A DNA stretch of 64,000 nt from IMG/VR virus record IMGVR_UViG_3300023172_000011, positions 1-64,000 of that record; one strand, 5' to 3'. This document shows, in pieces, positions 26,376 to 35,844 of this stretch; position 1 is the first letter of the stretch, and the number at the start of each line of letters is the position of its first letter. The notes under the pieces were generated by a model, which saw only the letters and a program-made list of their open reading frames with translations, made no database searches and was not told where the DNA came from. Origin of the DNA: a virus. The translations under genes and the position numbers were made by a program.

Positions 26376-27207
26376 TTTCTATAATTCCCCAAAAGTCATC
26401 GGCAGCATCAATACATTTTTCTCTGAATAGAGGGTCTGATTGATACATCTTTAATGAACCAATTCTATCGGAACCTCCAATTATTTTAGTGCCGCACATT
26501 AGTGCCTCACCAACAGCCCGACAAAAAGGCTCATTGCAAATTGGGTTATAATACAAAGAATCTATCCCATTATAGAACTCCAGCATATCATTATGGCTTA
26601 ACTTTCCAAGGAATTCAATGTTTTTACGTTGGTTTATCTGGTTAAGATAGTCTTCGCTACCCCAACCCGCGACAACAAAATTCTTGTCCTTATTATCATC
26701 AGCGTACTTGATAAAATTATCAGTTCCCTTTAGGGGGTGCATAAATCCAACATATCCAATTTTGTCTTTTCTTTCTTTACCCAAATCTTTAAATGACGCA
26801 TCAATCGGGTCGGGAACTATCTTGACGTTTGGAAATATATCTCCGTACATATCTACAAAAAATTGATGATGAAACTCTGTCAAGAAAAAGGATATCTTAC
26901 ATGATCCCCAAAAATGTTTCCTAAAGTCATTTGGCCAGTACAAATTTGAGTCATGTTCAAGTCTAACATGATTGTCTAAATTTGGGATATTTTGAACTAA
27001 TTGTGGATATCTAGATGAAATTGCCTCAAGATTAGAAGAAATTACAACGTCATAATCTTGTTGTAGAACAGAGGCGTGTGAATCATAGTGAAAACAATTC
27101 ACATAATGACCTCTTGAAGCACCTTTGTCAATAATTATCTGATTACTTCTTTGTGCCCCACCGGATGTGTGATGGACTCCAAAATCTGATATTAATAAGA
27201 CTTTCAC
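26350..27207 (-). CDS. Glycosyltransferase family 4 (GT-B)
   Basis: GGAQRS, YVG..HPLKG, EPFCRAVGEALMCG. Confidence 0.82.
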   Translation of the reverse strand: MKVLLISDFGVHHTSGGAQRSNQIIIDKGASRGHYVNCFHYDSHASVLQQDYDVVISSNLEAISSRYPQLVQNIPNLDNHVRLEHDSNLYWPNDFRKHFWGSCKISFFLTEFHHQFFVDMYGDIFPNVKIVPDPIDASFKDLGKERKDKIGYVGFMHPLKGTDNFIKYADDNKDKNFVVAGWGSEDYLNQINQRKNIEFLGKLSHNDMLEFYNGIDSLYYNPICNEPFCRAVGEALMCGTKIIGGSDRIGSLKMYQSDPLFREKCIDAADDFWGIIENDFNTLSN

Positions 27208-27557
27208 CGTTGCACCCTGTAGCTATCACTATCCCGATGGAAAGTACTAGCTTCAAGCAATGTACACCCATTAACAGTTGAAAATCTATGAACAAATCCG
27301 GGCTTAATGTGTAACGCTTCTCCTTCGTTCATGTCAAATCTTACTTCATTACCTTTTTGTGTTAGGTAAGTCACACTACAATCTCCATGTAAAAGAAAGA
27401 GATGTTCTTCCTTGATAACATGAAAGTGAAGACTTAATTTTTCTCCGGGATTAATATAGAGAACTTTACCACAGTAATCCTTTTCTTCGTTGTTGGCAAA
27501 CCAAACTTCTTTACCCCAACGCTTTTCTACTTCGTATGCTCTTTGTGAAATCTTCAT
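27204..27557 (-). CDS. Cupin (sugar isomerase-like)
   Basis: VEKRWGKEVW, YCGKVL, SLHFH..KEE, EASTFHRDSDSYRV. Confidence 0.82.
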   Translation of the reverse strand: MKISQRAYEVEKRWGKEVWFANNEEKDYCGKVLYINPGEKLSLHFHVIKEEHLFLLHGDCSVTYLTQKGNEVRFDMNEGEALHIKPGFVHRFSTVNGCTLLEASTFHRDSDSYRVQR

Positions 27558-27988
27558 ACTTTTTCCTTTTTACCTGAACTTCTTATCTATAAGCATGTAA
27601 AGTAGTAAACTCTACAATTGAAACTTAAAACTAAATATGTAAAAATAATAAAGCTCAGAAAGAAATAAAAATTTCTTCTGAAAAATAAACTTGTGGGGGT
27701 TACACAGATCATTACGCGACTGCTCGCAACCATTGGATATCTGTGCAGTTGGAGGTTCTTTAGCTGATATTATTTCGCCTACGCCTCACAAGCTGATGAT
27801 TTTTGTTTGTCAACAGGACTGTAAGCTGGAAATCAACAACCAGCCAGTAGATTATAGCCAAGCAACATTGAAAAAGACGATACTTTTCTGAACTTCAGGG
27901 AAAATCAAGAAAAATCGGTGAGCTTTCGGTCGGAACTCGGTATAATACTGTAAACTGTTTGTTAGGATTTTTTTCAAGGAGACTTACT

Positions 27989-28309
27989 ATGGCAAGCAAG
28001 ACAGTTATGACCCAGACAGTATTCTTAGAAACTCTGACTCGTGTTTCATCTGCGTATTCTTGGGAATATGTTGAAAACAAAATTGTCGGAGTTGCTAGAC
28101 GAGGCCAACACAAAGGCAAGACCTTTAATCCAGTTACTGCCGTAGCAGGCAGTCTTGGCAGCGGCTATTTTGAGAATACAAAGCGTGGCACAGAACGTGC
28201 AGCTAGAGCTATTGGCATTACGCCTCAACTAGCAATGGCTGTGTATTCTGGATCTAATCGAGGTCACGCTCAGATTGTTCGTGGCAAGATGCTAGAAACA
28301 ATCTTTTGA
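27989..28309 (+). CDS. Hypothetical protein
   Basis: AAGGAG RBS before ATG 27989; TATAAT at 27941. Confidence 0.75.
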   Translation: MASKTVMTQTVFLETLTRVSSAYSWEYVENKIVGVARRGQHKGKTFNPVTAVAGSLGSGYFENTKRGTERAARAIGITPQLAMAVYSGSNRGHAQIVRGKMLETIF

Positions 28310-28325
28310 TGAATGGTGAGTTTTT

Positions 28326-28358
28326 CCAGTTTCTCACAGTAAAAAACTGGATCTTTTC
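28326..28358 (+). terminator. Probable intrinsic terminator
   Basis: CCAGTTT/AAACTGG stem followed by TCTTTTC. Confidence 0.45.
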
Positions 28359-28386
28359 TATTACTTAGACTATAATGAGGTGTGTT

Positions 28387-28725
28387 ATGTCACTAAACAA
28401 TGAAATCAAACTTGTAGGTAACTTAGTGCGTGATCCAGATATCTATGAATCTGAAAATGGAAAACACGCTAAGATCAGAATGGCAGCTAATACAAAACGC
28501 GGAGACAAAGAAGATACGTTGTTTATTGACGTAAAACTATTTGGCTTTGCATACAGAGATTTTGAATACTTCTCCCCAGAGAAGGGCGACAAGATCGCAG
28601 TTGTTGGTCGATTATCAGTAGATGAATTTACTGATAAGAATGGAAATGAACGTCGAGAGGCCGTTGTGTATGCTAACAACTTATTCAAGATAGCAAAGAG
28701 GGCTTCTCAAGAAAGTAGCTTTTGA
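28387..28725 (+). CDS. ssb: Single-stranded DNA-binding protein
   Basis: NEIKLVGNLVRDP, FIDVKLFG, KGDKIAVVGRL; short tail ending in SSF. Confidence 0.85.
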   Translation: MSLNNEIKLVGNLVRDPDIYESENGKHAKIRMAANTKRGDKEDTLFIDVKLFGFAYRDFEYFSPEKGDKIAVVGRLSVDEFTDKNGNERREAVVYANNLFKIAKRASQESSF

Positions 28726-28961
28726 TGTCAGGTGAAAAACGAAGGATTACAATACATCTAAGAAATAATCAGGATATAACCGTCTTCCTTAAAAAAGACG
28801 CTTCAACATTGCTAGTAGATCAAATCTACGATGTTTTTTCTGGTGAACTTAGTGATAATTGTATAGAGGTTATTAGTGATACTGATATTGGACGGGAAGT
28901 AATACTTCTAAGAGCAGATGAAGTAATATACGTTAAGACCCAAGAGGAAGATGATGAGTAA
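28722..28961 (+). CDS. Hypothetical protein
   Basis: Coupled ORF. Confidence 0.65.
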   Translation: MMSGEKRRITIHLRNNQDITVFLKKDASTLLVDQIYDVFSGELSDNCIEVISDTDIGREVILLRADEVIYVKTQEEDDE

Positions 28962-29145
28962 GGAAAAAAGAAGAGTACAGAAGGAGCAGGCTCGTAAGAC
29001 AAGAGTTAAGCGAAAACTTCTCAAAAAGAGAACACTCCTGCGAGAAGAAAGAAAACTTGAAAAAGAGTTGGAACAGCTTAAAAAAGCTAGTGAACCAAAA
29101 CTAGCACCATTCAGAAAAGACCAATTGAATGAAACTGAATCTTAA
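28951..29145 (+). CDS. Basic coiled-coil hypothetical protein
   Basis: K/R-rich 64-aa ORF. Confidence 0.6.
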   Translation: MMSKEKRRVQKEQARKTRVKRKLLKKRTLLREERKLEKELEQLKKASEPKLAPFRKDQLNETES

Positions 29146-30223
29146 TGCTCCTATTAATACTACTTCTTATGGATACGTATCATCATACATTCTAAAGGAA
29201 CTTCTTAATCTTAATTATGATTTAAGATACATTCCAATATTAGATCATCACCAACCAAATCCTGACGATCTATTACGTCCTCATATACAGGATGTATTAG
29301 GTCGTTGGGATTTTTTTTACGACGCTCCATGTTTAAAAATATGGCATCAATTTGATCTTAGATCATTTTATGGTAAAGGTCTTAGAGTGGCAATGCCGAT
29401 ATTTGAATTGGAGGAATTTAATCATAGAGAACTGCATTCCCTAAACAACCCAGATGAGTTGTTTGTCTGCTCTGATTGGGCTAAGAACGTAATTCATGAC
29501 AATGTTCCAAAAAAAGTTGGACATACTCATGTTGTTCGTTTAGGATATGATGATAATATTTTTAAGCCTTGTCCATTGCCAGATAATGGAAAAACAATAT
29601 TTGGAAACTTTGGCAAGTTTGAAGCACGTAAGGGACACGATATACTTCCCGAAGTATTCAATAAGGCATTTGAAAAAGATGATGATGTTCTTCTTGTAAT
29701 GATGGCAAGTAATCCATTCTTGAAACCAGAAGAGACTCAGGCATGGATAAATAGCTTTAAGAACACAAAACTAGGTGATAAGATCATATTCGTGCCTCGT
29801 CAGCAAACTCAGGCCATGGTGTATAGTATCATGTCACAGATACATTGCGGTATATTTCCATCAAGAGCAGAGGGGTGGAATTTAGAGGCTTTAGAATTGC
29901 TGGCATGTGGCAGACACGTTATTATTTCACATGCTACTGGACATACGGAATTTTGTAATACAGAAAACTGCCGACTTATACATATGGATTCTGGATATGA
30001 ACCTGCCAATGATGGTAAATGGTTTCATGGTGAATTTCAATGGAGAAAGATAGGCGGTAGTGAAGTAGACCAAATGGTTGAACATATGCGTAATATTCAT
30101 CAAAAAAGGAAAGATGGATCTTTACGAGAAAATATAGCAGGAATTAAATCTGCACAAAAATTTACATGGAGGGAAACTGCAAATACAATACACAATAACC
30201 TTTTAAAATTGAGTGGAGTTTAA
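29129..30223 (+). CDS. Glycosyltransferase family 4
   Basis: GKFEARKGHD, PSRAEGWNLEALELLACG. Confidence 0.88.
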   Translation: MKLNLNAPINTTSYGYVSSYILKELLNLNYDLRYIPILDHHQPNPDDLLRPHIQDVLGRWDFFYDAPCLKIWHQFDLRSFYGKGLRVAMPIFELEEFNHRELHSLNNPDELFVCSDWAKNVIHDNVPKKVGHTHVVRLGYDDNIFKPCPLPDNGKTIFGNFGKFEARKGHDILPEVFNKAFEKDDDVLLVMMASNPFLKPEETQAWINSFKNTKLGDKIIFVPRQQTQAMVYSIMSQIHCGIFPSRAEGWNLEALELLACGRHVIISHATGHTEFCNTENCRLIHMDSGYEPANDGKWFHGEFQWRKIGGSEVDQMVEHMRNIHQKRKDGSLRENIAGIKSAQKFTWRETANTIHNNLLKLSGV

Positions 30224-30224
30224 A

Positions 30225-30404
30225 ATGAAGGCATTCGCAAAAATATTACATATTACTGGAGTAGTTATGGTTGCATTTCTTAGTCCAGTATTTTTCACCA
30301 AGATAGTAGAAATACCATCATTAGAGACTTGGCAATCTGGACTAGCTGTAGTTCTATGCGGTGCTGGACTTGCCACTATAGGCAAAATGCTATCAAATGG
30401 ATAA
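30225..30404 (+). CDS. Small two-TM membrane protein
   Basis: Two hydrophobic helices. Confidence 0.6.
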   Translation: MKAFAKILHITGVVMVAFLSPVFFTKIVEIPSLETWQSGLAVVLCGAGLATIGKMLSNG

Positions 30405-30747
30405 CTTTTCTGTAAATATTTTGACTAGAATCATATGTCTAGATGAAGAAAGTAAAAACGGTTTTAGCATCTTATTAGATGACAGCGGTGAAATACCAAA
30501 TTTTAATCTAGTAAAAGATGGAGATTTAGATAATCAAATCATGATGTTTGTGTCAAAATTTATTTATGAAAATTACCTGCATTTTATACTATCTACAAAA
30601 ACTGTATCTTCTATAATTAACGACGGTGATAATCTGAATATCTCTTACAATTTAATATCAAATAACAAAATTGCAAAATCTGGAAAATTTGTTAAATTTG
30701 ATAAAAATAGTATTGAACTGTATAGACTCGCAAATAGTGTGAGGTAA
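30397..30747 (+). CDS. Hypothetical protein
   Basis: Coupled ORF. Confidence 0.65.
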   Translation: MDNFSVNILTRIICLDEESKNGFSILLDDSGEIPNFNLVKDGDLDNQIMMFVSKFIYENYLHFILSTKTVSSIINDGDNLNISYNLISNNKIAKSGKFVKFDKNSIELYRLANSVR

Positions 30748-30751
30748 TTTT

Positions 30752-31033
30752 ATGTCAAATTATGTAAAGCTAGAATACAAAGACGGTTCCCCAACTTTGG
30801 GGTTAGTATATGATGACTCCGCTGCGTTCAGAGAATTAATGATAACATTATTTTCTCCAACCTCACATTCTGCATTCTATGATATAATAATCAACATGTT
30901 AATAACAAAAGATGCAGATCCTGAAGATATTGCATGGCTGGAAAACTTTTATAAAATTACTGGAAGATTTAACGAAGATAAATTATTAATAAAAAAAGCA
31001 AGAACGCTAATGAGGCCAAGTTCCTTTCGCTGA
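30752..31033 (+). CDS. Hypothetical protein
   Basis: GAGG RBS. Confidence 0.65.
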   Translation: MSNYVKLEYKDGSPTLGLVYDDSAAFRELMITLFSPTSHSAFYDIIINMLITKDADPEDIAWLENFYKITGRFNEDKLLIKKARTLMRPSSFR

Positions 31034-31044
31034 CGGAGCCTATT

Positions 31045-31695
31045 ATGACAGAGAAAAAAATAGCTTGGGAAAAATTTACCCCAAATCATGAAGATATAAT
31101 TAATCAAGAAGATGAATCAGATGAAATGTCTTATCTTGATATGGAAAATGAAGAAGAGGAAGATGGCAGAGAGTTAAATCTAGGGCATTTTTTACTCTCT
31201 AGAAAAGTGAGAACTCCATTTGGTATTTACGAAATTGATGACCCTTTTTCACCATATAATATGTTTGAATGCTGGATAGGTCATACTAATTTCAAAATTA
31301 CAGATGAAGACTTTGAAAAGCTGGATCTAAAAATAGATGGCATTGGATGTCTTTCACTGATTTCTCCATACAGATTTTTTATAGGTATAGAAAAATTATT
31401 TACATTTCCTGTGGCTAGAATGCAGATTCAAAAAGAACTATGCAATAATTTGAAAACACCAGAACATCTAGATGATAACTCTGTAGACTCATTAATCAAC
31501 ACAGCATTTAGTAAAATTAACGAGTCGTTATTTTCAATACAAGATTCTGAGAAATGGGCGGTATTTATTGGAAATGATGGGACGATAGAAACAATCAAGA
31601 GTAGTGAGTTTCCATCAGAGTTAGAATATATCGAAACTTTAACGAAATTGAAAAAGAATAAAAACGGTAACATTATTACTTACGACAGTTTGTAA
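31045..31695 (+). CDS. Hypothetical protein
   Basis: 216-aa ORF, GGAG RBS. Confidence 0.75.
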   Translation: MTEKKIAWEKFTPNHEDIINQEDESDEMSYLDMENEEEEDGRELNLGHFLLSRKVRTPFGIYEIDDPFSPYNMFECWIGHTNFKITDEDFEKLDLKIDGIGCLSLISPYRFFIGIEKLFTFPVARMQIQKELCNNLKTPEHLDDNSVDSLINTAFSKINESLFSIQDSEKWAVFIGNDGTIETIKSSEFPSELEYIETLTKLKKNKNGNIITYDSL

Positions 31696-31777
31696 TGGCG
31701 TATACAACTAAGGATCAGGAACTTTTATTTTCAGGATAATTAGGAAGCTGGTTATAAAGCTATAGAAAGGTATAACA

Positions 31778-32389
31778 ATGGCTTTACTACCAAATACAAT
31801 TATTTATGGTACGACGGGAAGCGATTCATCTCCTACTGAGAAAAGAGATGGAGGTACTGTAGTTGGTATCACATCTGCTAGTGACACTACTAATGGTCCT
31901 GTTACTCAGACATTTCCATTAACATCAATCACAATTAAACCCGGAAGATCAGTTCCAAAAGAACTATCCGGTGCCGCTCATGCGTCAAGTGCAACAAAAG
32001 CAGATACTGGTGGAACATTTGCTTATGACCAGTCTCAATTTATGATTAGAACTGTTGCAACAAAGATTAATAATCAATCAAACACAGTTCTTCAGGTCAA
32101 TGGCACTCCAGAAAATCGCCCTCATACTCTTGTTAGCAATAAGTCGAAGGGTGCAAAGACATCAACTGCTCATAGAAGTGGTTACTGGCGTGCGACTGGT
32201 ATTACTGGTCAAAGAACAAATTGGAGCAGTGCTCCTGCAACTAATAATATTAGCTATGTCTTGCCAACTAACAATGCTTCTAATGCTGTTGATCAAGGTC
32301 AATTTGTTACATATAGAAGTATTCCGGGTGAACTTGCTTATATGTATGGTGCTATTGATGCTGTATTGAAAGATTATCCAGCTAAGTGA
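31778..32389 (+). CDS. Putative virion structural protein
   Basis: Thr/Ser/Gly/Asn-rich composition typical of virion proteins; product is inferred. Confidence 0.55.
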   Translation: MALLPNTIIYGTTGSDSSPTEKRDGGTVVGITSASDTTNGPVTQTFPLTSITIKPGRSVPKELSGAAHASSATKADTGGTFAYDQSQFMIRTVATKINNQSNTVLQVNGTPENRPHTLVSNKSKGAKTSTAHRSGYWRATGITGQRTNWSSAPATNNISYVLPTNNASNAVDQGQFVTYRSIPGELAYMYGAIDAVLKDYPAK

Positions 32390-32413
32390 TTGATTCTTGA
32401 CACTTTCTTTTAA

Positions 32414-32439
32414 ACCCCTCTCCCGTAAGGGAGGGGGGT
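32414..32439 (+). terminator. GC-rich hairpin (terminator or stabiliser)
   Basis: ACCCCTCTCCC-GTAA-GGGAGGGGGGT. Confidence 0.55.
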
Positions 32440-32454
32440 ATTTGGAGATTGAAT

Positions 32455-32724
32455 ATGAACGCATTACCTTGGACTACAGATCTAGGAATTGTAGGACTGA
32501 CTGTTTCTTCGCTGGTTAGCTTACTCTTTTATGTGATCATATCTAGTAACAAAAGAGAAGATCGTAGAAATGCACAGTTTCAAAAAACTATAAATGATAT
32601 TAATGAACTCCATCGAGATGAACGTTCAGAATGGAGAGAAGACGCATCTGCTAGACAGGATAAAACTAATCAGGCATTGTCCGAATTAACAAAAGCAATC
32701 AATGAAGTTTTAGTGACTAGGTAA
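32455..32724 (+). CDS. Single-TM coiled-coil protein (holin/BhlA-like)
   Basis: N-terminal TM followed by REDRR..coiled coil. Confidence 0.5.
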   Translation: MNALPWTTDLGIVGLTVSSLVSLLFYVIISSNKREDRRNAQFQKTINDINELHRDERSEWREDASARQDKTNQALSELTKAINEVLVTR

Positions 32725-32729
32725 AAATT

Positions 32730-33236
32730 ATGAGTCTATCAATAACAGCAACTCCAGTAAACAAAATTTCATATACTCTTGCGTCAACTAATGGTAATCA
32801 GACCGTCTCATTATCAGACAGTAAAAACATGAGTGTTGTTTATACGTATGGGTCTGGTGATAAGCAAGTCACCAACGCTGTAACTATAACAGGCGTTTTA
32901 ACGTCTGGAGAGTCTACGCAAATTGATCTATACTCAATTAATCAAACTTCTTTTGATGCAACAACCAGCGTAGTTTTCACTGGCGTAAAAAATTTCACAG
33001 TATATAATGAGTCTACCACAGAGGGATACGACTTTGCAGTTCAGGCCACTGGAACAAATGCATGTACAAATTTATTCAATGGAGGAAGTGGCAACCTTTT
33101 AGTAAAACCCTACTCGGCATTTACATACAATGATCCATTCACTGGAGTTAGTGTAGGCTCCAGTCAGAGATATGTTCAATTAGCTGATCAGGGATCTGGT
33201 GTTACTTACAGATTAATTGTTATTGGTTTAGATTAG
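32730..33236 (+). CDS. Putative virion structural protein
   Basis: Beta-rich, T/S/G-rich 168 aa. Confidence 0.55.
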   Translation: MSLSITATPVNKISYTLASTNGNQTVSLSDSKNMSVVYTYGSGDKQVTNAVTITGVLTSGESTQIDLYSINQTSFDATTSVVFTGVKNFTVYNESTTEGYDFAVQATGTNACTNLFNGGSGNLLVKPYSAFTYNDPFTGVSVGSSQRYVQLADQGSGVTYRLIVIGLD

Positions 33237-33246
33237 GAGTTTTAAC

Positions 33247-33453
33247 ATGAATTCAAAAGCGTTTACATTAAACGTAGCCGACCTAGTTGCACTCAGTAAG
33301 AATGCAGGACTTGTTGGCGTTGCAGCAGGACTAACTTATGTTGTACAGAATATTGGTACTGTAGACCTTGGAGCCGCCGGTCCACTTGTGGTTCCAATCA
33401 TAGTAGTAGGTCTTGATACTGTAATTAAGTGGTTAAAAGACAACACAAAATGA
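33247..33453 (+). CDS. Small two-TM protein, holin-like
   Basis: 68 aa, two hydrophobic helices, basic C-terminus (KWLKDNTK). Confidence 0.55.
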   Translation: MNSKAFTLNVADLVALSKNAGLVGVAAGLTYVVQNIGTVDLGAAGPLVVPIIVVGLDTVIKWLKDNTK

Positions 33454-33463
33454 GGTACAAAAT

Positions 33464-33799
33464 ATGGAATCACTAATAGGATTAGGAATGTTATTATTTT
33501 GTGCTTGGAATGGTTTTCAGGCATCAACTGTAGATGGATTTGATTTTACTATACGATGGTATGCTCAAACAATCATTAGCGGTCTTGGAGGACTTTATAT
33601 TATGATTCCAAATATTAAGAGTATTCTGTCTAGTCTTGGCAGTGATAGTCCATCACTGCCAGACTATTCCGACAAATACCAGAAGGATTTTGAATGTCTT
33701 TCTTATCTAAGAGATAGATGTGTCGAAAATGGAAGTAAAGAGGGATTAGATTTAGTCATTCAACTAAACACGATTTTATTTAAAAAGACTTTACCATAA
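33464..33799 (+). CDS. Membrane protein
   Basis: Two N-terminal hydrophobic segments. Confidence 0.65.
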   Translation: MESLIGLGMLLFCAWNGFQASTVDGFDFTIRWYAQTIISGLGGLYIMIPNIKSILSSLGSDSPSLPDYSDKYQKDFECLSYLRDRCVENGSKEGLDLVIQLNTILFKKTLP

Positions 33800-33810
33800 A
33801 AGGAAAAACG

Positions 33811-34266
33811 ATGGGAAAATATCAGTCATTTGCAAATGTCCTTCTAGGATTATTACTATTATATTTCATGTCATCCTTTGCTCTTTCAGGTAAGCTAACT
33901 CCCGAATCAGCACCTCAACAAATTGTAGTTACTGAAACTCAAGAGTTGAAAAAAGTTACAGAAGAGTTTAATAAAATCGAATCAAGAGACGATAGAGTGC
34001 TTATCTATAAACTGTTTGCTGGTGCGGCAGAGTATCTCAGTAACTGCCAGACAATGACTGAAACAGCACAGTTTGATCCACTTCTAGGAAAAGTGCAAAC
34101 TTCCTATGGATGGGATCGCGAAAGATACTCAGCGTTTACAGATGCGGTTTCTAACTATCTTGTTAGCGTAGATTATGACACTCCTAAGAAATTGGAAACT
34201 ATAGATCAACGTAAGGATTTCGCAAAAATCTTTCAAGGTTTAGCAGAGGCAACTAAATATGAGTGA
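33811..34266 (+). CDS. Membrane-anchored or exported helical protein
   Basis: N-terminal TM/signal sequence. Confidence 0.7.
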   Translation: MGKYQSFANVLLGLLLLYFMSSFALSGKLTPESAPQQIVVTETQELKKVTEEFNKIESRDDRVLIYKLFAGAAEYLSNCQTMTETAQFDPLLGKVQTSYGWDRERYSAFTDAVSNYLVSVDYDTPKKLETIDQRKDFAKIFQGLAEATKYE

Positions 34267-35164
34267 CCTATCCCATTTAGGAGGATGGATAAATGATCCA
34301 AAAGGTGTAGATCTAGCAATGCAAGGCTTACCTTTTCCAGTATTTTCTATGCAGCATCAAGCAATAAAAGATACTGGTGCTGGAAAGAAGATGTTACTAT
34401 ATGACATCATTAGAAGGGTTGCCGGAACGTTTCCTGTGCGTACACAGAAAATTGGAGACTGTGTAGCTTTTGGTGCTGCTGGTGCTGTCGATGCTATTAA
34501 ATGTGTAGACATCTACCTTAAAAAAGAACCAGAACTATGGGTAGCAGAAACTGCCACAGAAGATATTTATTGGGGTAGCAGAAACGTTATCGGTAAAGGT
34601 CGATTAGGTAACGATGATGGATCTCTCGGCGTATGGGCGGCAAAATATATTAATGAATATGGCTCAATTCCAAGAGGCAAGTATGCCGATATTGACCTAA
34701 CCACGTATAGTGGCAGTAAAGCAAAGACTTGGGGCAACGCTGGATATAAATTATCTCAAGCGTTTGTAGATATTGTAAAAGAACATCCAGTCGTTACTAT
34801 TTCTCAAGTCAATTCATATGAAGAAGTGAGAGATCTAATTGTTAATGGATATTCTGTAACCATTGCTAGTAATCAAGGATTTTCTTCAACGCGAGATAGT
34901 GAAGGGTTTGCAAGACCATCAGGTAGATGGGCACATCAAATGTGGATCTGTGCTGTTGATGATGAATATAAACGTCCCGGAGTTTGCGTTCAAAATAGCT
35001 GGGGTAAATGGAATGGAGGTCCAAAACGTCACGACCAACCGGATGGATCTTTTTGGGTCGATGCTGACGAGATTGAACGTCGCGTGCTAAAAACTGGCGA
35101 TTGCTGGGCATTTAGCGGGTATACTGGCTTTAAGCCACAGAAACTTAATACGAGGATCATCTGA
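34259..35164 (+). CDS. Papain-like (C1) cysteine peptidase
   Basis: Q.IGDCVAFG (oxyanion Gln and catalytic Cys), WAHQM (His), QNSWG (Asn). Confidence 0.82.
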   Translation: MSDLSHLGGWINDPKGVDLAMQGLPFPVFSMQHQAIKDTGAGKKMLLYDIIRRVAGTFPVRTQKIGDCVAFGAAGAVDAIKCVDIYLKKEPELWVAETATEDIYWGSRNVIGKGRLGNDDGSLGVWAAKYINEYGSIPRGKYADIDLTTYSGSKAKTWGNAGYKLSQAFVDIVKEHPVVTISQVNSYEEVRDLIVNGYSVTIASNQGFSSTRDSEGFARPSGRWAHQMWICAVDDEYKRPGVCVQNSWGKWNGGPKRHDQPDGSFWVDADEIERRVLKTGDCWAFSGYTGFKPQKLNTRII

Positions 35165-35844
35165 TGAAAAAGAGCACGATTCTATTACTATTACTACTTG
35201 CTGTATTTTTTATTCCAATTCCAAGTAATGAAAAAACATTTGCTATTGATACTTCAAGAAGTGAGGGATATGTAGCATTTATTGTAAATGGAGACCAAGA
35301 GCCTATTGACAATGAAACAGATACTGCTACAACATGTGAATGCAATGGTGAAAAAGTGATCGTTCATGGAGATGGTCACAAAACACCATGTCAATGTATC
35401 AATTCTGGTGACGGGGTATGTCGTTGCGAAGCTACCGGCAAATCATGGGAGCCAGATAAATCTACTTATCCAGAGGAGGTTAAAAAAAAAGTGGAACAAC
35501 AACCAGATGCTACAGACCAAGCCTTAGCGATAGAATTAAAAAAAACAATCCTATACTTTACCGCCTCTTGGTGCGGCCCCTGTCAAAGATTTAAAGCGAC
35601 GGAATTACCAAAGCTACAAAAGGCCGGTCTATCAGTTGGCGAAGCTAGAAATGGAGTACAGGACGATATGGAAATTGTCGATGTAGACAAGCATCCCGAT
35701 CTCTGGAAGGCCCACAAAAAGAATTCTGCTGGTATTCCATGTTTTATTGTTCTAGACTCGCAAAGAAAAGAAACATTCCGTACTAGCGGATACGTTTCTG
35801 GAATGCATCAAACCCTGCTAAGAGCCTTCAATGCAGCCAACTGA
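35164..35844 (+). CDS. Exported thioredoxin-domain protein
   Basis: Signal/TM N-terminus; Cys-rich linker (CEC..CQC..CRC); FTASWCGPCQ; IPCF. Confidence 0.82.
   Translation: MKKSTILLLLLLAVFFIPIPSNEKTFAIDTSRSEGYVAFIVNGDQEPIDNETDTATTCECNGEKVIVHGDGHKTPCQCINSGDGVCRCEATGKSWEPDKSTYPEEVKKKVEQQPDATDQALAIELKKTILYFTASWCGPCQRFKATELPKLQKAGLSVGEARNGVQDDMEIVDVDKHPDLWKAHKKNSAGIPCFIVLDSQRKETFRTSGYVSGMHQTLLRAFNAAN

Noticed and set aside
27691-27891. 66-aa TTG-start ORF in the intergenic region
   Set aside because: It has no RBS and an unremarkable translation; the region is better explained as structured non-coding sequence.
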